A DNA stretch of 64,000 nt from a bacterium. GTDB taxonomy: Bacteria > Chloroflexota > Dormibacteria > Aeolococcales > Bog-877. Below, in pieces: positions 19,464 to 28,486 of the stretch; positions within the stretch are counted from its first letter, which is position 1; every line of letters starts with the position of its first letter. The position numbers were made by a program, and so were the translations under genes. The stretch lies in NCBI GenBank assembly GCA_021785655.1, contig JAJYET010000004.1:8907-72906 (forward strand), in the 5' to 3' direction. The notes under the pieces were generated by a model. It saw nothing but the letters and a program-made list of their open reading frames with translations. It made no database searches and was not told the origin of the DNA.

Positions 19464-20207
19464 TCAGACCTCGGCCAGGACGTCGTCAGGAAGGATGGCG
19501 TTGCAGTGGACCTCACGGACGTCGTCGTGCTCCTCCAGCGCCTCCAGTAGTCTGACCACCGCCGCGGCATGTTTGGCCTCCACCTCGACGGGATTGGTCG
19601 CTTGCATGGTGACCTCGGCCCGCTCCACCACCCGCCCGGCGTCCAGCAGGGCCTGGCGGAGCTCCTCCAGCCGCTCTGGAGCCACGTACACCTCGACCAG
19701 GTCCCCCTCGACCTGGACATCTTCGGCTCCCAGCTCGATCGCCTCCAACGCCAGCTGCTCCGGGTCCTTTCCCTTGGGATCCACCGTGATCAGCCCGGTG
19801 CGGTTGAACATCCAGGCCACGGAGTTGGTCTCTCCGAGGCTCCCCCCGGAGCGGGTGAACAGGTTGCGCAGCCCGGCCACCGTGCGGTTGCGATTGTCAG
19901 TCAGGGCGTCGACCAGAATCGCGACCCCCCCGGGACCGTAGCCCTCGTAGCGGATCTCCTCGATGGCCGCCCCCTGGAGCTCACCCGTGCCGCGCTTGAT
20001 GGCCCGCTCGATGTTGTCGGCGGGCATGTTGACCTCGCGGGCCTTCTGGATCGCCAGGCGCAGACGGAAGTTGCCGGCTGGGTCGCCGCCCCCTTCACGG
20101 GCCGCCACCGTGATCTCGCTGGCCACCTTGGTGAAGGTCTGGCCCTTCCGCGCGTCGACCACCGCCTTCTTGTGCTTGATTCCCGCCCACTTGGAGTGCC
20201 CTGACAC
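19464..20207 (-). CDS. yebC: YebC/PmpR family protein
   Basis: MSGHSKWAGIKHKK, YEGYGPGG, TDNRNRT. Confidence 0.97.
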   Translation of the reverse strand: MSGHSKWAGIKHKKAVVDARKGQTFTKVASEITVAAREGGGDPAGNFRLRLAIQKAREVNMPADNIERAIKRGTGELQGAAIEEIRYEGYGPGGVAILVDALTDNRNRTVAGLRNLFTRSGGSLGETNSVAWMFNRTGLITVDPKGKDPEQLALEAIELGAEDVQVEGDLVEVYVAPERLEELRQALLDAGRVVERAEVTMQATNPVEVEAKHAAAVVRLLEALEEHDDVREVHCNAILPDDVLAEV

Positions 20208-20308
20208 CGCCTACCTCCGTCGCCTGCCCCACCCGGGGCGGCCGGCACGAACATGCATTCCCTGAAGTGTACCGCTGCCCTCAAGCCTAGCAGTCCGCGG
20301 AGCGGGGC

Positions 20309-21529
20309 TCAGGGCCGGCCGGCCTCCGAGAGGATCAGCCTCACGACCCGCCTCGGGCCGACCCGCAGGATGGTTCCGGAGGGGAACTCCACGGGCTCGG
20401 GAGCCGCGGGGAGCCGGTGGTCTCCCAACCTCACCGCGCCCTGGCCCAGCAGGCGCAAGCCCGCGCTGCGGGAACTCGCCATCCCCGCCCGGACCAGCAG
20501 GTCGCGGGGGTCCAGAGGGCCCGGTGGGACCGCCACCACGGGGACCTCCGAGGGGAGCTCCTTGAGCCGGAAGCGGCGAAGAAACTCCTGGGCCGCCTGC
20601 TCAGCGGCGGCCTCGCCGTGGAATTCGGCGACCACCCGCCTCGCCATCAGCTCCTTCAGGTCGCGGGGATGAACAATCCCCGAACCCAGCTTCTGGGCCA
20701 GCTCCCGGGCCTCGCGCAGCGGAGTCGGGGTTGCCAGCTCCAGGTAGGGGAGGATCTGCGTATCGGGGATCGACATCAGGCGGCCGAACTGCTCGTCCGG
20801 GGCGTCGGCCACACCGACCGCGTTGCCCAGCGACTTGCTCATCTTGCGCTGACCGTCAATCCCCACCAGGAGCGGCACGGTGACCACATCCTGAGGGGCC
20901 ATCCCGTACGCCCGCTGAACCTCCCGACCCCGGAGGAGGTTGAAGAGCTGGTCTGTCCCGCCCAGTTCCACGTCGGCCGCCACCGCCACCGAGTCGTACC
21001 CCTGGAGCAACGGGTACAACAGCTCGTGGAGCCCGATCGGTCGCTCCTCGGCCATCCGCTGGCCGAAGTCCGACCGCTGCAGGAGCTGGGCCACCGTCGC
21101 GGTACCGGCCAGGCGCAGGACGTCCAGGAGCCCCAACTTCCCGAACCACTCGCTCTGCCAGCGCACCTCGGCTCCATCCCGGTCCACCACCGTGAAGAGC
21201 TGCTCCAGGTAGGTCCTGGCGTTGGCCGCCACCTCCTCCGAGGCGAGCTGGGGGCGGGTGACGGAGCGCCCGGTGGGATCGCCGATCTGCGCGGTGACGT
21301 CCCCAATGATCAGAACCGGGGTGTGCCCGAGCGCCTGCCAGCGTCGCAGCAGGCGCATGGGTACGGTGTGGCCGAGGTGGATGTCCGGGGCGCTGGGATC
21401 GATGCCGAACTTGATCCTGAGGTGCTCTCGGCGCTCCACCCTGGCCCGCAGGTGGGCCGCGTCCACGCAGTCCACCACCCCCTGCAGCAGGGCTTCCCAC
21501 CGGTCGGCGAGCGAAATGCTGGATTCCAT
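20309..21529 (-). CDS. tyrS: Tyrosine--tRNA ligase
   Basis: KFGIDPSAPDIHLGH, YPLLQGYD, GGTDQLFN, KMSKS, S4-like C-terminus. Confidence 0.97.
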   Translation of the reverse strand: MESSISLADRWEALLQGVVDCVDAAHLRARVERREHLRIKFGIDPSAPDIHLGHTVPMRLLRRWQALGHTPVLIIGDVTAQIGDPTGRSVTRPQLASEEVAANARTYLEQLFTVVDRDGAEVRWQSEWFGKLGLLDVLRLAGTATVAQLLQRSDFGQRMAEERPIGLHELLYPLLQGYDSVAVAADVELGGTDQLFNLLRGREVQRAYGMAPQDVVTVPLLVGIDGQRKMSKSLGNAVGVADAPDEQFGRLMSIPDTQILPYLELATPTPLREARELAQKLGSGIVHPRDLKELMARRVVAEFHGEAAAEQAAQEFLRRFRLKELPSEVPVVAVPPGPLDPRDLLVRAGMASSRSAGLRLLGQGAVRLGDHRLPAAPEPVEFPSGTILRVGPRRVVRLILSEAGRP

Positions 21530-21674
21530 GTCGGGGAACGTTACCGAACCGGCCACCTGGTGCAGCCCCCTCCGCTCAGGGCGACCTCAGGTCGGGGCCG
21601 GGGGACGCCGGTCCATTCCGGCGCAGACGTCGCGAGGTGGCCCGGCGCCGGGCCGTCCCCGGTGGCGGTCTGGG

Positions 21675-23059
21675 GTGCAGACAGAGGTCCTGGAGACGCC
21701 CGAGCTGGGCGACCGCAGCTACGTGATCGCTGACCACCTGGAGGCGGCGGTGATCGACCCCCAGCGCGACCTGGACCGCCTCATGGGCCTCGTCGAGCGC
21801 CACGGCCGGAGGGTCCGGGTGGTCCTCGAGACCCACCTGCACAACGACTGCGTCACCGGTGGGCTGGAGCTCTCGAGGCGGACCGGGGCAACCTCTGTCG
21901 TGGCCGGCGGAGAGGAGGCCACCTTCGCCTGCTGCCCGGCGCGCGAGCAGGACACCTGGGAGGTCGGACGGGCCCGGAACAAGGTCATGCCGACACCGGG
22001 TCACACCCCCGGCCACTGCGCCTACCTGGTTCAGGGGCCGGGGCCCGAGGATCTCGCCATCTTCTCCGGAGGATCGATGCTCTTCGACACAGTTGGCCGG
22101 ACCGACCTGGTGGCGCCGGACCGGACCGAAGAGCTGAGCCGGCCCCAACACCGGTCAGTGCGCCGCTTGGCCTTCGAACTCCCAGAGTCCCTGGAGGTCC
22201 ATCCCACCCACGGCTTCGGAGGCTTCTGTGCCTCGTCGCCCGGCAGTGGCGGACAGCGCAGCTGGGTCGGAGGAGCGGCGGAGCAACCTGGCCTGCCGGA
22301 TTGAGGACGAGGCGGAGTTCGTCCGGACGCTCCGCGCCGGCCTGGGCGCCTATCCGAGCTTCTACGCCCACATGGGGCTTCTGAACCGAGCCGGCCCCGC
22401 AGCCTTGGACCTCTCGCCGCCTCCCCGCGCGACCCCGGGGGAGATCCCCTCCTGGATCGCCGCCGGCGATTGGGTGGTCGACCTTCGGCCCCGCCGCCAG
22501 TACGCCAGCTCGCACCTCCCGGGCACGGTGGGCGTGGAACACGACCCCGCCTCCTTCAACCACCTACCCGGGGTGGATGGTCCCCTGGGGCACCCCCATC
22601 ACCCTGGCGGCGAGCACCGAGGCCGAGCTGGCCTGCGCCCAGCGAGACCTCGTCAGGATCGGAATCAAGCGCCCCGCGGCCACCGTCCTCCTCCCGGCAG
22701 CCCTCGGCGACGCAGGCCGCGGGTACCGGGTCGCCAGGTGGGAGGAGCTGGCGGCCGAGCTCGACTCTCCCCGGCCCCCGGCAATCCTGGACGTCCGCGC
22801 CGAGGAGGAGTGGCGGCCCGGGCACCTGCCCGGGGCGACTTGGGTCCCCGTAGGGGGATTGCTGGCTCGCCTCGCCGACCTCCCGAAGGTGCCGACCTGG
22901 GTGCACTGGCAGGCTGGGTGCCGTGCCACCGTCGCGGCCAGCCTGCTCGACCGGGCGGACATACCGCCGGTGCTGGTCGACGATGAATTCGGGAGGGCGA
23001 CCGCTTCGGGCCTTGACTTGGTGGTTGAACTTGCCCCGAACGGGAGCGCGCCGGCCTGA
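21675..23059 (+). pseudogene. MBL-fold hydrolase-rhodanese fusion (persulfide dioxygenase/sulfurtransferase-like), frameshifted
   Basis: LGDRSY, IDPQRD, ETHLHND, TPGHTPGH, GRTDL, HPTHGFG, then two rhodanese domains (VDLRP..HLPG, LDVR..GHLPGA) over three frames; shifts near 22270 and 22560; catalytic HC replaced by HW. Confidence 0.85.
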
Positions 23060-23084
23060 CCGCGTCCTCGCGGTCCGGTGTCCC

Positions 23085-23112
23085 TTGACAGCTGCGGAGA
23101 AAGTGCTATGTT
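23085..23112 (+). promoter_or_regulatory. Sigma70-type promoter
   Basis: TTGACA-16 nt-TATGTT with extended TG. Confidence 0.75.
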
Positions 23113-23118
23113 GGGCTC

Positions 23119-23356
23119 AGGTATCCGGGTTCAGACGGAGGTGTCACGTAGTGCGTACCGTCTGGAGCATGCTGAGGCACACCAGGGCGGAGTGAGCGGC
23201 CCCCCGGGGCCATCCCGGCGGAGGGTTCCGCCGCTTCGCATTGGGCCCCGGCAGAGGGCGTCTCGCCACGTTTTTCGTTCCGGCTTATCCGCCGGACGCG
23301 GTGCCTACAGCACCGGTGACACATGGGAGCGGGCCACTGAGCCCGCTCCTCTTTTT
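23119..23356 (+). ncRNA. Candidate structured small RNA (6S-like, or mRNA of a 14-codon ORF)
   Basis: Between promoter and terminator; GTGTCAC/GTGACAC end pairing, several perfect hairpins; no long ORF. Confidence 0.55.
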
Positions 23357-23886
23357 CCCCTCACCGTACCGGCCAGGTAGTACCGAAGGGGCGCGGGGTC
23401 TCGTACCCCTACCCGGGGACCGGACTCCACCGGCTGCGGCGCCGCACCGGCCTCCAGCCAGAGGTCTGTGCTCTCGGAGCAGAGGTCCACACGATTGTCC
23501 GCCAGGGTCACCTCGAGGGCGCGGCAGAGAAGTGCCGGGCCTCCCACCACCTCGCCGGAGGTCCGCCGGCCCGCCCGAAGGAGGACCGCCTCGGCTTCTC
23601 CGGCGGGCCCCGTCACCACGTTCAGGCAGTGATGCATCCCATAGATGAAATAGACGTAGGCGTGGCCCGCCGGTCCGTACATGGGCAGGTTGCGGGGCGT
23701 GGGGCCCCGGTGGGCATGCGACGCGGGATCCGATTCCCCTAGATAGGCCTCCACCTCCAGGAGCTCCAGCCTCACCAGTCCGTTCGGACCCCGCCGGACC
23801 AGCCAGCACCCCACCAGCTCTCGAGCCACCTCGGGGCTGGAGCGGGCGAAGAATCGTCGACCCAGGCGCGGCCCCACCTCGGTCAC
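23305..23886 (-). CDS. mpg: DNA-3-methyladenine glycosylase (MPG family)
   Basis: EVEAYLG..DPASH, AYVYFIYGMHHCLNVVT, AVLLRA, GPALLCRAL, GPRVGV; GTG start overlaps pheT stop. Confidence 0.93.
   Translation of the reverse strand: MTEVGPRLGRRFFARSSPEVARELVGCWLVRRGPNGLVRLELLEVEAYLGESDPASHAHRGPTPRNLPMYGPAGHAYVYFIYGMHHCLNVVTGPAGEAEAVLLRAGRRTSGEVVGGPALLCRALEVTLADNRVDLCSESTDLWLEAGAAPQPVESGPRVGVRDPAPLRYYLAGTVRGKRGAGSVARSHVSPVL
23326..23356 (+). terminator. Intrinsic terminator
   Basis: GGAGCGGGC-CACTGA-GCCCGCTCC followed by TCTTTTT. Confidence 0.85.
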
Positions 23887-26270
23887 CGGGCCCTTGCGCC
23901 CACCTCCAGCTCCAGCACCCGCAGAACGGCCTGGCGAACCCCGTCCCCCTCGGCGGTCGTCAGGGTGCGCTCCGGGTGACGGAGGCGGAGCCGGAGTGTC
24001 CAGCCCTTGAATCCCGGGCCGAGCTGGTCCCCGAGGAACTCGTCGATGGGGGTTACCAGCTCCAATTCCGGTAGATCCAGCGCCGCTACCGCCCGGAGCG
24101 CTGGCCCCAAGAGGGCCCGGCTGGGGACCGTCACCGAGAGGTCGAGCACCAGCGCCGGGGTGCGCGGGAGGGACGGAGCGCGACCCGGGCGGCCCCCGGG
24201 CTTGAGCCAGCCATCCAGGCGGAGCTCGGCGACTTCCACCCGGCCCCGGATGTCGAAGGCGTCGGCCACCGGCTGGGCCACCTCGCCCACGATCCCGCGG
24301 CGCTCCGCGCCGGCCCACACCTCGGCTGCTCGGGCCCGGTGGAGAGCGGGCCACGTGACCGGCCGGAATTCCACCACCCCGCCACCGCCGACGCTGGATA
24401 GAGAGGCGATGAGGGCCATGAGGTGTCGCAGACGGGTGACCGCATCTGCGGCGCCGTCGTCTTCCAGGTCCAGGACAGCCAGCATCCAGGGCTCCTCCGG
24501 CCGCTCCTGGCCCCGAGCCCAGAAGGCCGCTCCCTGCTCGAAGAGACGGACCTTGTCCTGGCCGCGCGCCTGGTTGTGGTGGGCGCTCTGGAGCAGCCCC
24601 TGCAGCAGGCCCAGGCGCAGGCTCCCCAACTGCGCGGAGAGAGGATTGGCCAGCTCCAGGTGAGGAAGGTCCCTGCGCAGACGTGGCGCCAGCGCCTCTC
24701 TCTCCCCGGACACCAGGCTGAGGCTCAGAGCCTCGCTGAAGCCGGCGGCCCGGCAGGTGGTGGAGGTCAGGCGGGCAACCGGCTCCTCCAGCGCCTCCGG
24801 GGGGGGTGCTTGGCGGATTGGGGGCAGTGTCCCGGGGACCTCGCGGTACCCGATGATCCTCCCGACCTCCTCGGCGAGGTCCACGGCTGTCGAGACGTCG
24901 GTGCGGTAGGGGGGCGGGGTTGCGAGCACCTCCCCTCCCTCCTGACGCACTTCGAACTGGAGGCGACGCAAGGGACTGGCTACCTCGTCCGGTCCGAGCT
25001 CCATCCCCAGGATTGAGGAGATCCACACGGGGTCGCAGCGGATGGCCGCCGCCGGTGCCAGTGGCGCGCCCCCGACCGCGCCCGGTCCCAGGGTGGCCCC
25101 CAGGTGGCGCACCGCCAGGTGGATGAAGCGGTCCGCCCCCCGCCTGGCGAGATGGGGCGAGAGTTGGCGCTCGAAACGGCCGGAGGCCTCGGTCCGGAGA
25201 CGCAGCCGCCGCGAGGTGGAGCGCAGCAGCGCCCAGTTGAAGTTGGCGGCCTCCAGAAGCACCTGACTCGTGCCCCGTCCCACCGCGGACGCCTCCCCCC
25301 CAATCAGGCCGGCCACGGCCTGAGGGGCATCCCCCACGGTGATCACCAAGGTCTCGGCATCGAGCTCCCGCGCAACTCCGTCCAGGCAGGCGATGGACTC
25401 CCCTTCCCGGCCGCGCCTCACTCCCACCTCAAGCCCCCTCTCCACCCCCGGCAGCCGGTTCAGGTCGAAGGTGTGCAGCGGCTGCCCGATCTCGAACATG
25501 ACGTAGTTGGCGAGGTCCACGATCCCCCCCAGCGATCGCTGCCCGATAGCCGCCAGGCGCCGCCGGACGAAGTCCGGGGCTGGCGCCTCACTGAACCCGA
25601 TTAGGACCTCAGCGAGATAGACCGGACAGTCGGTTGGGGAATCGACGGTCACCTGGACCGAGGGGCTCAAGGAGGAGCGAGTGGGCCGGCTGGCCTCAGG
25701 GTCTCGCAGCGGCCGCGAGAGCAGTGCCGAGAGCTCCCGCGCCACGCCCCAGTGGGAGAGGCAGTCAGCGCGGTTGCTGAGGACCTCCAGCTCGTACAGG
25801 TGGTCGGCGGGGTAAAGCCGGTCCAGCGTCGTCCCGCGCTCGGCGTCGTCCGGGCTGAGGATGAGCACCCCGTCGTGGTCCGAGCCCAGCCCCAGCTCGT
25901 CCGGGGCGCAGAGCATCCCCTCGCTCCAGATTCCCCGGAGCCGCTTCCGCCCGATCTCCGCCCCGATCGGCAGCCGGGTGCCGGGACGGGCCCATGGCAC
26001 CAGCGCCCCCACAAAGAGGTTGTCGGCGCCACAGATCACCTCCCTGGGCTCCTGCCCGGGCGTGGCGACATGGGCCAGGAAGAGGTGGTCGCTCCCCTCC
26101 ACGCGGCGCAGACCGACCACTTCGCCTACCACGACCTGGTCCAACCCCACCCCGAACGCAGTGACCTTCTCCACCTCGGTCCCGCTCAGGGTGAGGAGAT
26201 CCGCGACCTGTGCGGGCTCGACGCCCTCCAGGTCGACCATCTCCCCCAGCCACTCGTGGCTCACCCTCAC
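23883..26270 (-). CDS. pheT: Phenylalanine--tRNA ligase beta subunit
   Basis: MRVSHEWL, SEGMLC, NRADCLS, GQPLHTFD, DLAEEVGRIIGY. Confidence 0.97.
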   Translation of the reverse strand: MRVSHEWLGEMVDLEGVEPAQVADLLTLSGTEVEKVTAFGVGLDQVVVGEVVGLRRVEGSDHLFLAHVATPGQEPREVICGADNLFVGALVPWARPGTRLPIGAEIGRKRLRGIWSEGMLCAPDELGLGSDHDGVLILSPDDAERGTTLDRLYPADHLYELEVLSNRADCLSHWGVARELSALLSRPLRDPEASRPTRSSLSPSVQVTVDSPTDCPVYLAEVLIGFSEAPAPDFVRRRLAAIGQRSLGGIVDLANYVMFEIGQPLHTFDLNRLPGVERGLEVGVRRGREGESIACLDGVARELDAETLVITVGDAPQAVAGLIGGEASAVGRGTSQVLLEAANFNWALLRSTSRRLRLRTEASGRFERQLSPHLARRGADRFIHLAVRHLGATLGPGAVGGAPLAPAAAIRCDPVWISSILGMELGPDEVASPLRRLQFEVRQEGGEVLATPPPYRTDVSTAVDLAEEVGRIIGYREVPGTLPPIRQAPPPEALEEPVARLTSTTCRAAGFSEALSLSLVSGEREALAPRLRRDLPHLELANPLSAQLGSLRLGLLQGLLQSAHHNQARGQDKVRLFEQGAAFWARGQERPEEPWMLAVLDLEDDGAADAVTRLRHLMALIASLSSVGGGGVVEFRPVTWPALHRARAAEVWAGAERRGIVGEVAQPVADAFDIRGRVEVAELRLDGWLKPGGRPGRAPSLPRTPALVLDLSVTVPSRALLGPALRAVAALDLPELELVTPIDEFLGDQLGPGFKGWTLRLRLRHPERTLTTAEGDGVRQAVLRVLELEVGARAR

Positions 26271-27305
26271 TCAGAAACACTCCAAGAGGCGCAGATCGTT
26301 CTCGTACAGGTCGCGCAGATCGGTCAACCCGTAGCGCAGGACGGCGATCCGGTCCGGCCCCATGCCGAAGGCGAAGCCGCTGTGGGTCTCCGGGTCCACT
26401 CCGCCGTTGCGCAGCACCTCGGGGTGTACCATCCCCGACCCCAGGATCTCGATCCAGCCCTTCTGCAGACAGGTCCGGCAACCCACGCCCTGGCAGACAG
26501 CGCAGGCGACGTCCGCCTCCAGGCTGGGCTCGGTGTAAGGGAAGAAGCTGGCCCTGAGGCGCACCCGGCGATCCCCGCCGAACAGCGCCCGGATGACATA
26601 TTCCAGGGTGCCCTTCAAGTCCCCCAGCGTCACCCCGCGGTCGACGCACAGGCCCTCCACTTGGTGGAAGACCGGGGTGTGGGTGGGATCGGGGTTGTCC
26701 CGGCGGGCCACCCTTCCGGGGACGATGATCCGGAGCGGCGGCCGGGACCCCAGCATCGCCCGCATCTGGACCGGCGAGGTGTGGGTCCGGTAGAGCCAGC
26801 CGCCAGCGGGCGGGCTGAGGTAAAAGGTGTCGTGGGCATCCCGGGCGGGATGTTCCGGTGGCATGTTGAGCAGCTGGAAGTTGTGCTGGTCGTCCTCCAG
26901 CTCGGGTCCGGCCACCGACTGATAGCCGAGGAAGGCGAAGACATCCTCGATCTCCCGGATCAGCCCCGCCACCGGGTGCGGATGGCCCTGTCCTGGCTCC
27001 CGGAAGGGGTGGCTCATGTCCACCCACTCCGCATCCTCCCGCTCTGCCTCCTCCCCCGCCGCCAGCTCCCGCTGCCGGGTCTCCAGGGCCGCACGGAGCT
27101 CGCCGCTCGCTCGGTTGAACGCCTGACCGTAAGCGGCCCGCTGATCGGGGCTGAGCTCCCGGAGGCGCTGACCAGCCAGGGTCACCAGACCGTCCCTCCG
27201 GCCGAGGTAGCGCAGCCGCACCTCATCCAGCCCCTCTAGGCTGTCCGCCCCGGCGATCTCCTCCAGGGCCATCGCGGTGAGCTCCTGGAGGTCGACCGAG
27301 GTCAC
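26271..27305 (-). CDS. pheS: Phenylalanine--tRNA ligase alpha subunit
   Basis: HPARDAHDTFY, RTHTSPVQ, FHQVEGL, FPYTEPS, GFAFGMG. Confidence 0.98.
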   Translation of the reverse strand: MTSVDLQELTAMALEEIAGADSLEGLDEVRLRYLGRRDGLVTLAGQRLRELSPDQRAAYGQAFNRASGELRAALETRQRELAAGEEAEREDAEWVDMSHPFREPGQGHPHPVAGLIREIEDVFAFLGYQSVAGPELEDDQHNFQLLNMPPEHPARDAHDTFYLSPPAGGWLYRTHTSPVQMRAMLGSRPPLRIIVPGRVARRDNPDPTHTPVFHQVEGLCVDRGVTLGDLKGTLEYVIRALFGGDRRVRLRASFFPYTEPSLEADVACAVCQGVGCRTCLQKGWIEILGSGMVHPEVLRNGGVDPETHSGFAFGMGPDRIAVLRYGLTDLRDLYENDLRLLECF

Positions 27306-27664
27306 TGCGGGGTGGTCCCCTCCTTGGCCAGCTCGACCAGCTTGGCGAACGCCCCGGGGTCCCTAACGGCCAGCTCGGCCATCTCCTTGCGGGAGAGCAT
27401 CACCCCGGCCCCGCCGATGGCGGCCATGAAGCGGCTGTAGGTGATCCCGCTCTGCCGAACCGCGGCGTTGATGCGAGCGATCCACAGCCGGCGAAAGTCG
27501 CCCTTGCGGCGGCGGCGGTCGCGGTACTGGTAGGCCAGCTTGTGCATGACCGCCTCATGGGCGGGCCGGTAGAGGCGGTTGTGGGAGCCGGTGAGACCGG
27601 AGGCCTCCTCCAGGAGGCGCTTGTGGCGCTTGCGGGCCGTCACGCCCCGCTTGACCCGGGCCAC
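27302..27664 (-). CDS. rplT: 50S ribosomal protein L20
   Basis: MARVKRG, YRDRRRRKGDFRRLWIARINAA. Confidence 0.98.
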   Translation of the reverse strand: MARVKRGVTARKRHKRLLEEASGLTGSHNRLYRPAHEAVMHKLAYQYRDRRRRKGDFRRLWIARINAAVRQSGITYSRFMAAIGGAGVMLSRKEMAELAVRDPGAFAKLVELAKEGTTPQ

Positions 27665-27667
27665 CGC

Positions 27668-27871
27668 TCAGCCCTCCAGGTACGGCGCGTTGCGCCGCAC
27701 CACCTTGGCGTCCCCGGAGTCGACCGCCTTCATCTGCGCGTACCCACGCTTGCGCTTGGCCGACTTGTGCTCCAGAAGATGGGACTGGAATGCTCCCCGG
27801 CGGAGCAGCTTGCCCCCGCCCGAGACCCGAAAGCGCTTCTGGGTCCCCTTATGGCTGCGGATCTTGGGCAT
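27668..27871 (-). CDS. rpmI: 50S ribosomal protein L35
   Basis: MPKIRSHKGTQKRF. Confidence 0.97.
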   Translation of the reverse strand: MPKIRSHKGTQKRFRVSGGGKLLRRGAFQSHLLEHKSAKRKRGYAQMKAVDSGDAKVVRRNAPYLEG

Positions 27872-28415
27872 TGTGGTTCGCCTCTCCCCTGCTGGGCTTC
27901 TTCTGCACCGGATTGAGAATCATGATCATGTTGCGCCCCTCCAGGAGGGGCTGCCGCTCCACCTGGGCCACGTCCTTCACCTCTTCGGCCAGCCGCTGCA
28001 GCAGCGCCCGCCCGATTTCCTGGTGGACCAGCTCGCGGCCCCTGAACATGATAGTGAGCTTGACCTTGTCGCCATCCTCCAGGAAGTGACGCACGTATCC
28101 GTACTTGGTCTGGAAATCGTGGTCGCTGATCTTGGGACGGAGCTTCATCTCCTTGAGGCGGATGGCGTTGTGCTCCCGACGAGCCTCCTTCTCCCTCTTC
28201 AGGGCTTCGAACTTGAATCGGCCATAGTCCATGAGCCGACACACCGGAGGTTGGGCCTGGGGCGCCACCTCCACCAGGTCGAGTCCCCTCTCTTGGGCCA
28301 GCCGCTGGGCCTCCGCCAGGGTCACGATCCCCAGCGCCTCGTCGGTCGTGTCGTCGAAGAGCCGGACCTGCGGGGTCCGGATCTGGTCATTGATGTGCAG
28401 CTCGCGAAACGCTAT
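27849..28415 (-). CDS. infC: Translation initiation factor IF-3, ATA start
   Basis: GAGGAGG-8 nt-ATA GCG TTT CGC GAG CTG CAC ATC AAT (INDQIR); LDLVEVAP, MDYGRFK, FRGRE. Confidence 0.95.
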   Translation of the reverse strand: MAFRELHINDQIRTPQVRLFDDTTDEALGIVTLAEAQRLAQERGLDLVEVAPQAQPPVCRLMDYGRFKFEALKREKEARREHNAIRLKEMKLRPKISDHDFQTKYGYVRHFLEDGDKVKLTIMFRGRELVHQEIGRALLQRLAEEVKDVAQVERQPLLEGRNMIMILNPVQKKPSRGEANHNAQDPQP

Positions 28416-28486
28416 GGACGCATCCTCCTCAGCTCAGGCCAGAGGGGCCGATGCTATCACGTGCAAGGCCATGCGCCCTGGGGCCT

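Noticed and set aside
23193..23648. Selenocysteine or readthrough extension of the 14-codon ORF
   Set aside because: The extended frame crosses the terminator and runs antisense to mpg, with no protein-like features
23887..25026. 573-aa ORF 23305..25026 as one protein
   Set aside because: Upstream part is an alternative frame of pheT; only 23305-23886 is mpg
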